DNA from: an uncultured delta proteobacterium
Lineage (GTDB): Bacteria > Desulfobacterota > Desulfuromonadia > Geobacterales > DSM-12255
DNA length: 64,000 bases
Direction of reading: 5' to 3'
NCBI GenBank assembly: GCA_963787125.1
Contig: CAWBBV010000002.1
Span: 1-64,000, forward strand
Position 1 is the stretch's first letter. Every line of letters starts with the position of its first letter. Made by a program: the position numbers and the translations under genes. Under the pieces are notes generated by a model. That model was not told where the DNA came from. It saw nothing but the letters and a program-made list of their open reading frames with translations, and did no database searches. Below, in pieces: positions 18,261 through 27,708 of the stretch.

Positions 18261-20342
18261 CTACATGATGTAGCCAACCCTGAAGCCGCCAAAATGACGA
18301 CCGTTGACAAAAACCGGTGCAGAAATATCCCACAGTTTTTCGCCGGTGTCACGGGTATAAACCTGAACCAGCACCCCTTCAGTGTTGCGCGCAGCGGTCA
18401 GCTCGACTGTACCGTTGAACATCCGTTTGGTCCGGTTGCCGACCCGGTCTTTTTCCCGGTCACCGGTCAGCGGCAGGGAGTTCTTGCGGTGGTGAGTCGG
18501 CACATAACCGTTGCGATCAGCCAGCACGGCAAAAATCACCTGACTGTCCTTAAGATGATCATCTTCCAGATCCTGAATCCACTGGTCGCAGTAAGCATCA
18601 AAGCGGGTATGAAATTTAGGTGGATCAGTGCCCGGAATCGGCTGGTAGTTGTCATCGAAAATATCTTCCAGAGTCAGCCGGCCGGCAGTGAGAGCTTCAG
18701 TCAATACTCGCTCCATGGCCTTGGCGCCAGCCAGGGCGGTGCTCTTCCCCTTGCTCTCGATCTCTTCTTCCATCAGCGCTTTGAGCTGATCGGCGAGATT
18801 GGCCAGTTCCACTATGGCGGCCTCGGTCTCCCGGGCGCCGCCGGCAGCCTGCATGGCAACATCCCTGACTTCGTTCATGGTTTCGGCCATCTGTTCACAA
18901 GCGGAAGTCTGCTGCCGGGTTGAGAATGAAATTTCCCGTGATGCCCGGAGTGTCTCGTCAACCATGGAAAGAATGCAGCCAAAAGACTGATGGACGTTTT
19001 CCACCAGATTTGCGGCATGATCAACGGCCTTCAGTCCATCTTCAGTGACCATGACGGTACTGTTGGTAGACTTCTGGATCGCCTCTACCAGCCCCTTGAT
19101 CTGCCGTGTGGCAACAACCGTCCGCTCTGCCAGGCGGCGAACCTCCTGGGCAACAATGGCAAAACGCTTGCCTGATTCACCGGCGCCGGCAGCCTCTATA
19201 GCCGCGTTAAGCGCCAGCAGGTTTGTCTGGTCGCTGATCTCGTCAATTATTTCGACGATACCGCCGATCATCTGGCTCTGCTCGCCAAGGGTCAGCATAC
19301 TTTCGGCAATATTCTGCACCTGCCCGCGCAACACCACCATACCATCAATCGCCTTGATCACCGCATCGGTACCTGTCAGGCAGTTACTACTAGTCGCCTC
19401 AGCAGTGGACTCAACGGTCTGGGCATTGTCCGTTATCTGCCGGGCAGTGACGGCGATCTCCTCACTGGTGGTGGTGACCTCCTGCACAGCGGCAGCCTGT
19501 TGGCTCGCCCCTGACACCTGATTAACGATGATGGCATTCATCTCTCTGGCCGAGCTGGACAGGGAGAAAATAGCCTCGCGAATGGAGACGAACAGTCGGC
19601 CGCTTTTGTCAATCTCTTCCTTGAGGTTTTTGACGATCACCGTGGTCATGACATTGATGGCCCCGGCCAGCTTGCCGATTTCATCGTCCCGGTTGATTTC
19701 CACCTGTTCGTCCAGTTGACCTTCACTGATGCGCCGGGCCGCTCCGGTCAGTTTCTCCAGCGGCAGGGAGATACTTCTGACAATGCGCAACCCGGCAACT
19801 GCCATCAACAGGAGAATGACCAGGGAACAACCCAGGTTGTATTTGAGGAAATTGATTCGCAATTGGCCGAAATAATCATCCTTGCTCACCCCCGGCACAA
19901 TCCAGAGTCCCCACGGCTTGATATAGCGATAGGCAACAATTTTTTCCTGGCCGGTGGTAGTGGCCCGGTACTCGCTCATGCCGCTCCCACGGTGGGCGCG
20001 GATCTGGTCGATATGAGCCTGGCCGGCGAGGCTTCTCCCCTCGTCCTTGGGGTGAATGACCAGAACACCCTGGGCATCAAGGAGGAACAGATACCCGCTT
20101 TTGCCGATTTTAGTGTTGTAGACCGTCTGTTTGAAATCCTGCTCTTTGTACGCATCAGGCCTCACCGTGGCAATATAGGTAATGTTCCTTTCGAGGGCGT
20201 CGGCAATAGTGGTGATATCGGTCTTCATGATGGCAACTATCTGGCGCTTGGCAACTAAATAGGAGACGGCAATGCTGCTGGCTACTGCCAGGCCGCCGAG
20301 CAACAGCAGAAGGATAAGTCGTGATTTGATTGATCTGAACAT
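18261..20342 (-). CDS. Methyl-accepting chemotaxis protein (Cache-HAMP-MA plus extra C-terminal domain)
   Basis: IGKSGY Cache motif, DEIGKL HAMP, QTNLLALNAAIEAA hairpin; ATG 20342 has a GGAGG RBS. Confidence 0.92.
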   Translation of the reverse strand: MFRSIKSRLILLLLLGGLAVASSIAVSYLVAKRQIVAIMKTDITTIADALERNITYIATVRPDAYKEQDFKQTVYNTKIGKSGYLFLLDAQGVLVIHPKDEGRSLAGQAHIDQIRAHRGSGMSEYRATTTGQEKIVAYRYIKPWGLWIVPGVSKDDYFGQLRINFLKYNLGCSLVILLLMAVAGLRIVRSISLPLEKLTGAARRISEGQLDEQVEINRDDEIGKLAGAINVMTTVIVKNLKEEIDKSGRLFVSIREAIFSLSSSAREMNAIIVNQVSGASQQAAAVQEVTTTSEEIAVTARQITDNAQTVESTAEATSSNCLTGTDAVIKAIDGMVVLRGQVQNIAESMLTLGEQSQMIGGIVEIIDEISDQTNLLALNAAIEAAGAGESGKRFAIVAQEVRRLAERTVVATRQIKGLVEAIQKSTNSTVMVTEDGLKAVDHAANLVENVHQSFGCILSMVDETLRASREISFSTRQQTSACEQMAETMNEVRDVAMQAAGGARETEAAIVELANLADQLKALMEEEIESKGKSTALAGAKAMERVLTEALTAGRLTLEDIFDDNYQPIPGTDPPKFHTRFDAYCDQWIQDLEDDHLKDSQVIFAVLADRNGYVPTHHRKNSLPLTGDREKDRVGNRTKRMFNGTVELTAARNTEGVLVQVYTRDTGEKLWDISAPVFVNGRHFGGFRVGYIM

Positions 20343-20416
20343 AATTGGTCCTCCCCGATGAATCAGGTGCAACACAGAAGGCGCTGCGGCCGTCGGTCTG
20401 TTTTCAGCTGTTACTG

Positions 20417-21376
20417 TTAATTATTAACCAGATTGATCGGCACGCCGGCCTGGAATGAGGCAATATTGTCGGCCACGATTTTCACCAGCCTTTTCCGCGC
20501 CGCCAGGGAAGCCCAGGCGATGTGGGGCGTAAAAACAGAGTTGGCTGCTGTCAAAAGTGGATTGTCGGCCAGCATCGGCTCATAGGCAACCACATCAAGA
20601 CCGGCACCGGCGATGACACCATTGTTGAGGGCAGCGGCTAAATCGGCTTCGTTCACCAGACCGCCACGAGCAACGTTGAGAAAAAAAGCGCTCGGTTTCA
20701 TCAGGGAGAGAAGATCCGCATTGACAAAACCGCTGTTCTCAGGGGTCTGCGGACAGTTGAGGGAAACCACGTCAGCAGTCGTGAACAGTTCTTTCAGAGG
20801 GAGGAAACGGACCGGTGTCGGGCCGGGATCAACGGGGATGCGCGGCGCATAGACAACCACCTGCATGCCGAAGGCAGCCGCAACCCGGGCCATGGCCCGG
20901 CCAATAGTGCCGTAGCCCACAATCCCGAAAGTGAGACCGTCCAGTTCGATTATCGGGCTTTTCCAGAAAGCATGATCCGGACAGCGGACCCATTCGCCGG
21001 CTTTGACCGCCGCATCGTGCAGCCCGACCCTCGTGGTCAGCTCCAGCAGCAGAGCAAAAGCGGTCTGGACGACCGATTCGGTGGAGTAGGCCGGCACGTT
21101 GGCAACCGGAATCCCCTGCCGGGCCGCTGCGGCCACATCAACGTTGTTGTAGCCGGTAGCGAGCATGGAGATATAGCGCAGCTGTGGCAATGCGGCAATG
21201 ACTGTCTCGGTCAGCTTGACTTTGCTTACCAGCAGAATATCAGCCTCTTGTGCCCTCTCCAACACCAGCTCCGGTGGGGTCCGGTCATAAACGATGCACT
21301 CACCCAAAGCTTCCACCGGACTCCAGGGGTTGTCGCCGGGATTTATGGTATAACCGTCCAGGATGACTATTTTCAT
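20417..21376 (-). CDS. hprA: D-2-hydroxyacid dehydrogenase (glycerate dehydrogenase/hydroxypyruvate reductase type)
   Basis: MKIVILDG..NPGD, GYGTIG, NVARG, TPHIAW. Confidence 0.82.
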   Translation of the reverse strand: MKIVILDGYTINPGDNPWSPVEALGECIVYDRTPPELVLERAQEADILLVSKVKLTETVIAALPQLRYISMLATGYNNVDVAAAARQGIPVANVPAYSTESVVQTAFALLLELTTRVGLHDAAVKAGEWVRCPDHAFWKSPIIELDGLTFGIVGYGTIGRAMARVAAAFGMQVVVYAPRIPVDPGPTPVRFLPLKELFTTADVVSLNCPQTPENSGFVNADLLSLMKPSAFFLNVARGGLVNEADLAAALNNGVIAGAGLDVVAYEPMLADNPLLTAANSVFTPHIAWASLAARKRLVKIVADNIASFQAGVPINLVNN

Positions 21377-21534
21377 GCTTTCTCCTCTAGAACCGGTAGC
21401 TGGCGATCGTCAGCTAGCGGAGCTGACGACGCTAAAGTTAGTGGCAACAGCACTTTTTTGCAAGTGTAACATTAGTTATCGACACAAAACCAACAGGGCA
21501 GACGATCTAAAACCAATGCCGACTGCAATTGATT

Positions 21535-21564
21535 AAAAAAAGCCGGGAAACGTCTCTCCCGGCT
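21535..21564 (-). terminator. Intrinsic terminator
   Basis: AGCCGGGA/TCCCGGCT stem with an A7 run (U-tract on the minus strand) downstream of the hgtR-like gene. Confidence 0.75.
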
Positions 21565-21621
21565 GCGATAGGAGTACCCATGGCTGGATGTACTCGTTTA
21601 GATAGGTCAATCAAGGGTTCA

Positions 21622-21819
21622 TCACCCGGTTGCAATTGACGGACGAACCGGGGCGGCCAGGCGCTGCAATTGCGGCCGGTACAGCAGCATCGCTTCCCTT
21701 AGCAGCATGGAAACGCTTTTGCGGGTGCTCTTTTTCATTTTGTCCATGAACGCTTTTTCTTCATCTGTAACCCTGATGGAGAGGACGTTGTATTTCGGAT
21801 TTTTCTTACATTTTCTCAT
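21622..21819 (-). CDS. hgtR: HgtR-family ribbon-helix-helix transcriptional regulator
   Basis: KNPKYNVLSIRVTDEEK...KSVSMLLREAM resembles the Geobacter HgtR family (from recall). Confidence 0.7.
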   Translation of the reverse strand: MRKCKKNPKYNVLSIRVTDEEKAFMDKMKKSTRKSVSMLLREAMLLYRPQLQRLAAPVRPSIATG

Positions 21820-21844
21820 GTCACTGGTCTCCGTTTGAATCAGT

Positions 21845-23083
21845 TCAGTTCGCCATGCTTTCTGCCAGAATTTCGGTCAGATGCATGAGCCTAACCCCCG
21901 GTAATTGTTCCGCCAGCCCTTTTTTCAGCTGCAGCAGGCAGCCGGGGTTGCTGGTAACAAGGATGTCGGCACCGCTTTGCCGCACCGTATCCAGTTTGCG
22001 CTGCAGGATCCGGTCGGACATCTCCGGCTTGGTAATGTTGTAGGTCCCGGCGCTGCCGCAGCAGGCGTCGGCTGTTTCCAGCTCGTGGTACGTGAGCCCC
22101 GGCACCAGTTTCAGCAACTCACGAGGCTGCTTGCGGATCCCCTGGCAATGGGCGATGTGGCAGGGGTCGTGATAGGTCACTTTGAGCGGCAGCGGTTTAA
22201 GTAGCTCTTGCAGTTCTTCGGCATGCATTGCCAGCACTTCTGAGATATCACGGACAATGGCGCTGAAGGCCGCAGCAGCCTGACCCTCGACATGGTGGCT
22301 GTATTTCTTCAGTTCAGCCCCGCAACCGCCGCAGTCGGTAACGATAAAATCCACATCATAGCCGCCGAATATCGCCACATTAGTCCGGGCCGCTTCTTCC
22401 AGGCCAGCCAGATCGCCCCCCAGCATGTTTGGCGCGCCGCAGCAGACCTGGTTTTTAGGGGTGATGACCTTGTAGCCAAGGGAGGAGAGCAGCTTGATTG
22501 TCGCCCGACTGGCATCGGAGAAGATCAGGCTCATAACGCAGCCGAGAAAGAAGCCGACTGTGCCACGCTCCGGACCAATTGCCGGAGTGATTTCATTGAT
22601 CTCCTGCCGCAGCGGCCTGGCGGGCAGATCTGGCAACAGCCCTTCCATCCGCTCCAGGGGCCTCGGGAACATCTTCAAAATTCCCAGCTTCCTGACCAGT
22701 TTCTGCAGTCCGGCCCGCTGGTAAAGGCGCATGGGAACCATGGAACTCTCCAGCCGGTCAGGATGGGGCACCAGCTTGCGCAGAATCAGATCCTCCATAA
22801 AGCCAAGTCCGCTTTCCGTTTTCCGCTCGCAGCTGAATTCCGCCACCAGTTCACCGGCATTGACCCCGCAGGGGCAGGCCGAGGCGCAGGCCTGGCAGTC
22901 GAGGCAGAGGGAAAGAAACTCCAACAGCCGCTCCGACTGATCAAGTTCCCCTTCCTGCAGCTTGCGAATCAGCGCCACCCTTCCGCGTGGCGAAGCAGTT
23001 TCCAGAAAGGTCTCCTTGTAAGTCGGACAGGCAGGCAGACACATGCCGCAGCGCATACAGTTGATCAGTTTGACGTAGTCCAT
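21845..23083 (-). CDS. glcF: Glycolate/D-lactate dehydrogenase Fe-S subunit
   Basis: Two CxxCxxCxxxCP motifs, two CCG domains, YHDPCH. Confidence 0.88.
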   Translation of the reverse strand: MDYVKLINCMRCGMCLPACPTYKETFLETASPRGRVALIRKLQEGELDQSERLLEFLSLCLDCQACASACPCGVNAGELVAEFSCERKTESGLGFMEDLILRKLVPHPDRLESSMVPMRLYQRAGLQKLVRKLGILKMFPRPLERMEGLLPDLPARPLRQEINEITPAIGPERGTVGFFLGCVMSLIFSDASRATIKLLSSLGYKVITPKNQVCCGAPNMLGGDLAGLEEAARTNVAIFGGYDVDFIVTDCGGCGAELKKYSHHVEGQAAAAFSAIVRDISEVLAMHAEELQELLKPLPLKVTYHDPCHIAHCQGIRKQPRELLKLVPGLTYHELETADACCGSAGTYNITKPEMSDRILQRKLDTVRQSGADILVTSNPGCLLQLKKGLAEQLPGVRLMHLTEILAESMAN

Positions 23084-23131
23084 TCGATGAATTCCTTATT
23101 CATTTCGCTAAAAAAACACAACCTAAACCTT

Positions 23132-23258
23132 AATAGAACGCGGATGACGCGGATGTAACGGATTTACACAGATTTTTAACCCAAATATTTTTTCAGTTTC
23201 TACCCCGTCTTTTTTTATCCGCGATAATCCGCTCAATCCGCGTCATCCGCGTTCTATT
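23132..23258 (-). repeat. Long palindromic intergenic repeat, copy 1
   Basis: 23-bp perfect arms AATAGAACGCGGATGACGCGGAT / ATCCGCGTCATCCGCGTTCTATT. Confidence 0.9.
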
Positions 23259-23268
23259 GCCTTTGCAG

Positions 23269-24639
23269 TTAAAAGATTTTCCCGGGGTTCAGAATCCCCT
23301 TGGGGTCAAAAGCCTGCTTGATCCCCCGCATGACACGGATCCCCGATTCACCAACCAGCTTGGGCAGGTACTTCTTCTTGGCCAGGCCAACGCCATGCTC
23401 ACCGGTAATGGTCCCTCCCATGGCAATGGCGGCATCGAAGATCTCACTGAAAGCGGCGTGAGCCCGTTTTATTTCATCCTGGTCCCGTTCGTCGGTCAGA
23501 CAAGTCGGGTGGAGATTGCCGTCACCGGCGTGACCGAAAGTACCGATGACCACATTATATTTTTTGGCCGATGCCTGAATAATCTGCAGCATGGCGGCAA
23601 TACAGCTGCGCGGCACCGTGGCATCTTCCAGAATGGTGGTCGGCTTCAGGCGTGCCAGGGCCGAGAGAGCGGTCCGACGGGCCTCGGTCAGCTTGAGTGC
23701 TTCGGCAGGGTTCTGAGCGGTCTGAAAGAATGAGCAACGGTGTTTCCTGCAGATCTCAGCTACCGCGGCGGCCTCCTCGGCAATGACGACCGGATGACCG
23801 TCCACTTCGATCAGCAGCACGGCATCAACATCCAGCGGCAAACCGACATGGGCGTAGTCCTCAACACATTTGATGGTTACCTTGTCGAGAAATTCGAGCG
23901 TGGCGGGGATGACCTTGGCGGCAATGATGGCCGACACTGCCAGGGCCGCATCCTGCAGCACCGGGAAATGGGCCAGCATGGTTATCTTCCCTTGGGGTTT
24001 GGGGATCAGTTTGACGGTTATGCCGGTAAAGAACCCGAGCGTCCCCTCCGATGAAACCAGCAGCGGGTTGAGGCTGTAGCCGGCCACATCCTTGACCACT
24101 TTGCCGCCTGTTTTGAGAAGGCCGCCATCTGCCAGGACCGTTTCCAGGCCCATGACATAGTCGGCGGTAACGCCGTACTTGAGACCACGCAGACCGCCTG
24201 AGTTTTCAGCGACATTCCCCCCCATGGTGGAGATATTCATACTGCCTGGATCTGGCGGATAAAAAAGCCCGCGGGACTCAACCTCGCGGTGCAAAGCACT
24301 GGTTATCAGCCCCGGTTCCACCGTGGCGGTAAGGTTTTCCTCGTCAATTTCCAGGAGCCGGTTAAGGCGACTGGTCTGCACCACGACACCACCGGCAGAG
24401 AGAGAGCCACCCGACAGATTGGTGCCGGAACCGCGCGGTGTGACAGTTATTCCGGCACCGCAGCAGAGTCGCATGATGCGCGCAACCTCTTCAGGTGAAC
24501 CCGGCAGCAGAACCGCTCCGGGAAGACTCTCGATCTCCGGAGTGGAGTCATAGCCGTACACAGCAAGGGATTCCCTGTCAGAAAGGGTGTACTGCTCACC
24601 GACGATGTTTTTCAGCTCGTTTACGAATGATGATTCCAT
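23269..24639 (-). CDS. glcD: FAD-linked glycolate/D-lactate dehydrogenase subunit
   Basis: PRGSGTNLSGG, YPPDPGS, GHAGDGNLH, GEHGVG. Confidence 0.9.
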   Translation of the reverse strand: MESSFVNELKNIVGEQYTLSDRESLAVYGYDSTPEIESLPGAVLLPGSPEEVARIMRLCCGAGITVTPRGSGTNLSGGSLSAGGVVVQTSRLNRLLEIDEENLTATVEPGLITSALHREVESRGLFYPPDPGSMNISTMGGNVAENSGGLRGLKYGVTADYVMGLETVLADGGLLKTGGKVVKDVAGYSLNPLLVSSEGTLGFFTGITVKLIPKPQGKITMLAHFPVLQDAALAVSAIIAAKVIPATLEFLDKVTIKCVEDYAHVGLPLDVDAVLLIEVDGHPVVIAEEAAAVAEICRKHRCSFFQTAQNPAEALKLTEARRTALSALARLKPTTILEDATVPRSCIAAMLQIIQASAKKYNVVIGTFGHAGDGNLHPTCLTDERDQDEIKRAHAAFSEIFDAAIAMGGTITGEHGVGLAKKKYLPKLVGESGIRVMRGIKQAFDPKGILNPGKIF

Positions 24640-24686
24640 GATATGCACCTCTCAAGTAACTGCAGAACTGAATTCAAAACCAAACT

Positions 24687-24799
24687 GCAATAGAACGCGG
24701 ATGACGCGGATTGAACGGATAAAGACGGATTACAGTCAAAATTTGTTTGTTATAATCTGCGAAAATCCGTCCAATCAGATTTGATCCGCGTTCTATTGC
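24687..24799 (-). repeat. Long palindromic intergenic repeat, copy 2
   Basis: Arms GCAATAGAACGCGGAT / ATCCGCGTTCTATTGC. Confidence 0.9.
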
Positions 24800-24825
24800 C
24801 TTTGCTTGACTCATCTTTAACCGGC

Positions 24826-26778
24826 TTAGGGTATCATCCATTGGAGGAAATACGCCTGCAGATAAACGATTACACCCACGACAACCGTCAAAAAGATGGA
24901 ATGCTTGAGGGTGAAGCGAAACAGGGTCCCTTCCTCGCCCACCATGCCGCAGGCTGCGGTGGCCACGGCCAGTGACTGGGGAGAAATCATCTTGCCCATG
25001 ACGCCGCCGCTGGTATTGGCCGCACCCATCAGGATCGGGTTGAGACCGAGCTGTTCTGCGGTTGCTTTCTGCAGGCCGCCGAAGAGGACGTTGGATGAGG
25101 TGTCGGAACCGGTCAGGAATACTCCCAGCCAGCCGAGGAACGGAGCAATGAACGGGAACCAGTGCCCGGTTTTGGTGAAGACCAGGCCAAGACAGTTGGT
25201 CATACCGGAAGCGTTCATAACATAAGCAAGGCCGAGTACCGAGGCGACGGTGACTGCCGGAAAACGCATGTCATAAAGGGTCTTCCCTGCCAGCTTGAAC
25301 ACATCGCCGAAGCCGACGCCGCAGAGCAGTGCCGAAAGGAAGGCGGCAATCAGGATGGCCGTTCCGGCGGCTGACATGAAGTTGAAGTTATACTTTGCCG
25401 GCAGCTTGATAGGAAGCTGGTCACCCAGAGCTTTAACCAGCGGCTTGAATTGATCCTTGGCTGTCACCTTGTTTTTCTCAAGGTCATCCTTGACCAGTTT
25501 TTGGATATCGGCACTTTTCTTGGCAATGGCGTTGAACCCGGCGCTGCGCTCATCGGTTAATACTGCTCCCTGGCCGGCCATCCCCTGCTCCAGCGGCAGA
25601 AACTTTTCTTCCAGCCCTTTCAGTTCATTCAGCATGACTATGGCACCGGCAAGCTTCGGTTCGGTTACCGGCAGCGCAGCCAGCAGTTTGTCGGCTTCTG
25701 CGGTTACGGCAGCAATTTTCTTCACGCCATCTTCGGGCTTGGAGACCTTCTTGACAATCATGCTGTCAAGTCCTGCTACCGTAATGACGGTTTTGCTTTT
25801 GTCCAGCTCAGCCTTGATCGAAGGAATTCCCCACAACAGCACCATAATGGTCAGGGCCAGATAGGGGGACCAGGCACGGAGCACTTCGCCAAAAGTATAA
25901 TGATGCTGCTCTTTTACGCCTGAATGTGTTTCATGGTCAAAAACATAGTTCTCTTTTGGCTGCCAGACCTGTAACAGGGCTACCAGGGCGACCATTGATG
26001 CCAGTGATGCGGTGATGTCCGGGAGGTATGGGCCGAGGTAGCTGGCGGTAGCCCACTGGGAAACAGCAAAGGTGACACCGCAGACAATGATGGCAGGGAG
26101 AACTTCGATAGTCTTTTTCCAGCCGACCATGATCAAGATTACGTAAAAAGGGATAACGACCGAGATGAACGGCAGCTGACGACCAACCATTGTGGAGAGT
26201 TTCATCAAGCCATCATCGCCGTAGCCCATGACCCCGGCCAGAGCGACAACCGGGATCCCGATGGCACCGAAGGCGACCGGGGCGGTGTTGGCAATCAGGC
26301 AGACTCCGGCGGCATACAGCGGCCGGAAACCAAGACCTACCAGGGTGGCGCCGGCAATTGCCACCGGGGTGCCGAAGCCTGCGGCACCTTCAATAAAGGC
26401 ACCAAAACAGAAGGCTATCAATAACGCCTGGATGCGGCGGTCACCGGTTACGCCGGCCAGCGATGCCCGGATGATTTCGAACTGGCCACCCTTGACCGTG
26501 ATATTATAAAGAAAAAGGGTGGTGATAACTATGTAGAAGACCGGAAAGAGACCGAATGCCGCCCCCTGCATGAAAGCAAGGCCGGCAAGCTTGGCAGGCA
26601 TCCCCCAGACGGCGATGGCAATACCGATTGCCGAGGCTACCGCCAAAGGGGCTGCCTTGTGAGCTTTCATCTTCAGAACAGCAAGACAGACAAAGATGAT
26701 GATGAGGGGAATGGCGGCGACCAGCGCCGACAGACCGAGACTTCCTGCTGCGGGGGTGTACGTTTGAATCCAGGGCAT
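24826..26778 (-). CDS. lctP: Lactate permease (LctP family) with soluble insertion
   Basis: EGAAGFGTP, ANTAPVAFGA, GSDTSSN, GKMISPQS. Confidence 0.93.
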   Translation of the reverse strand: MPWIQTYTPAAGSLGLSALVAAIPLIIIFVCLAVLKMKAHKAAPLAVASAIGIAIAVWGMPAKLAGLAFMQGAAFGLFPVFYIVITTLFLYNITVKGGQFEIIRASLAGVTGDRRIQALLIAFCFGAFIEGAAGFGTPVAIAGATLVGLGFRPLYAAGVCLIANTAPVAFGAIGIPVVALAGVMGYGDDGLMKLSTMVGRQLPFISVVIPFYVILIMVGWKKTIEVLPAIIVCGVTFAVSQWATASYLGPYLPDITASLASMVALVALLQVWQPKENYVFDHETHSGVKEQHHYTFGEVLRAWSPYLALTIMVLLWGIPSIKAELDKSKTVITVAGLDSMIVKKVSKPEDGVKKIAAVTAEADKLLAALPVTEPKLAGAIVMLNELKGLEEKFLPLEQGMAGQGAVLTDERSAGFNAIAKKSADIQKLVKDDLEKNKVTAKDQFKPLVKALGDQLPIKLPAKYNFNFMSAAGTAILIAAFLSALLCGVGFGDVFKLAGKTLYDMRFPAVTVASVLGLAYVMNASGMTNCLGLVFTKTGHWFPFIAPFLGWLGVFLTGSDTSSNVLFGGLQKATAEQLGLNPILMGAANTSGGVMGKMISPQSLAVATAACGMVGEEGTLFRFTLKHSIFLTVVVGVIVYLQAYFLQWMIP

Positions 26779-26886
26779 AACGTTTCTCCTTTCGTGGTAA
26801 AGTTACTGTAATGGGATTCCTGCACGCTACGGCTATTAAAACAATAAGAACTGCTTCAATCAGTAAAATAAAATCAGGTTTTGAAA

Positions 26887-26984
26887 ACTTGTAATACCAA
26901 TTACTATTTTTCTGTTATTTTTGTCAACAGTTTTTTTATACTTGATAAAACACTGTTGACAAGAGGAGTTAAGATGATTATGGT
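26887..26984. promoter_or_regulatory. Divergent lctP/lutC promoter region with a GntR(FadR)-like box
   Basis: TTGACA (26956) -17 bp- TATGGT (26979) on plus; TTGACA on minus at 26922-26927; AATTGGTATTACAAGT (minus, 26887-26902) resembles LldR/PdhR boxes. Confidence 0.55.
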
Positions 26985-27153
26985 AATATGTAATGTGGTT
27001 ATATGAATTAAATCATGGCGGCTTAACGGAGCTGCATAAAGCATTTTTACCAAATTTGCCAACCTCTGTTTAAAACGCTTTTCCGCCAGGCTTCAGCAGC
27101 AGACCGTTAAGAACTCTTGTCTCGCACCGCATCACGAAAAGGGGGCAACTTAC

Positions 27154-27708
27154 ATGTACGAACAGTTTAAGCTCAGAGCAGAAGGGGTCGGGGCAGAGGT
27201 GCACCGTTTCAACACCAGGGAAGAGGCGCTTGATTTTATCAGCCTGTTTCTGCGGCAGACAGATATGCTCCCGGCACGGAAACCCTTTGCCGTCTGGGCA
27301 CCCGGTCCTTTTCTGGCCGCCATTGACACTGCCCGACTGTGCGAAGAAAACCCCGGCCTCAGCTTTGACGTCAGCCGCCAGACAGCTGCTGATGCTCAGG
27401 TAGGCATTACGGAGATGGGCTGGGCCTTAGCTGACACCGGCTCGCTGGTAGCAGATCAGACCGCGGTTGAACAGCGGTTGGCATCGACTCTGCCGGCCAT
27501 CCATGTAGCACTGATCGGCACAAACCGGATCCTGCCCGACAAGGTTGCGGTTTTCAGCCGGATCACCCCGTTGACAAGCAGGTACATCGCCTTTATTACC
27601 GGACCGAGCCGGACTGCCGATATTGAGCGCGTCCTCACCATCGGGGTACATGGCCCGAAGCGACTGGTCATTGTTTTTATTGATGAGATGGAAGGAGCCG
27701 GAGCATGA
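27154..27708 (+). CDS. lutC: Lactate utilisation protein C (LUD domain)
   Basis: ADTGSL and ITGPSRTADIE...GVHGP. Confidence 0.88.
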   Translation: MYEQFKLRAEGVGAEVHRFNTREEALDFISLFLRQTDMLPARKPFAVWAPGPFLAAIDTARLCEENPGLSFDVSRQTAADAQVGITEMGWALADTGSLVADQTAVEQRLASTLPAIHVALIGTNRILPDKVAVFSRITPLTSRYIAFITGPSRTADIERVLTIGVHGPKRLVIVFIDEMEGAGA

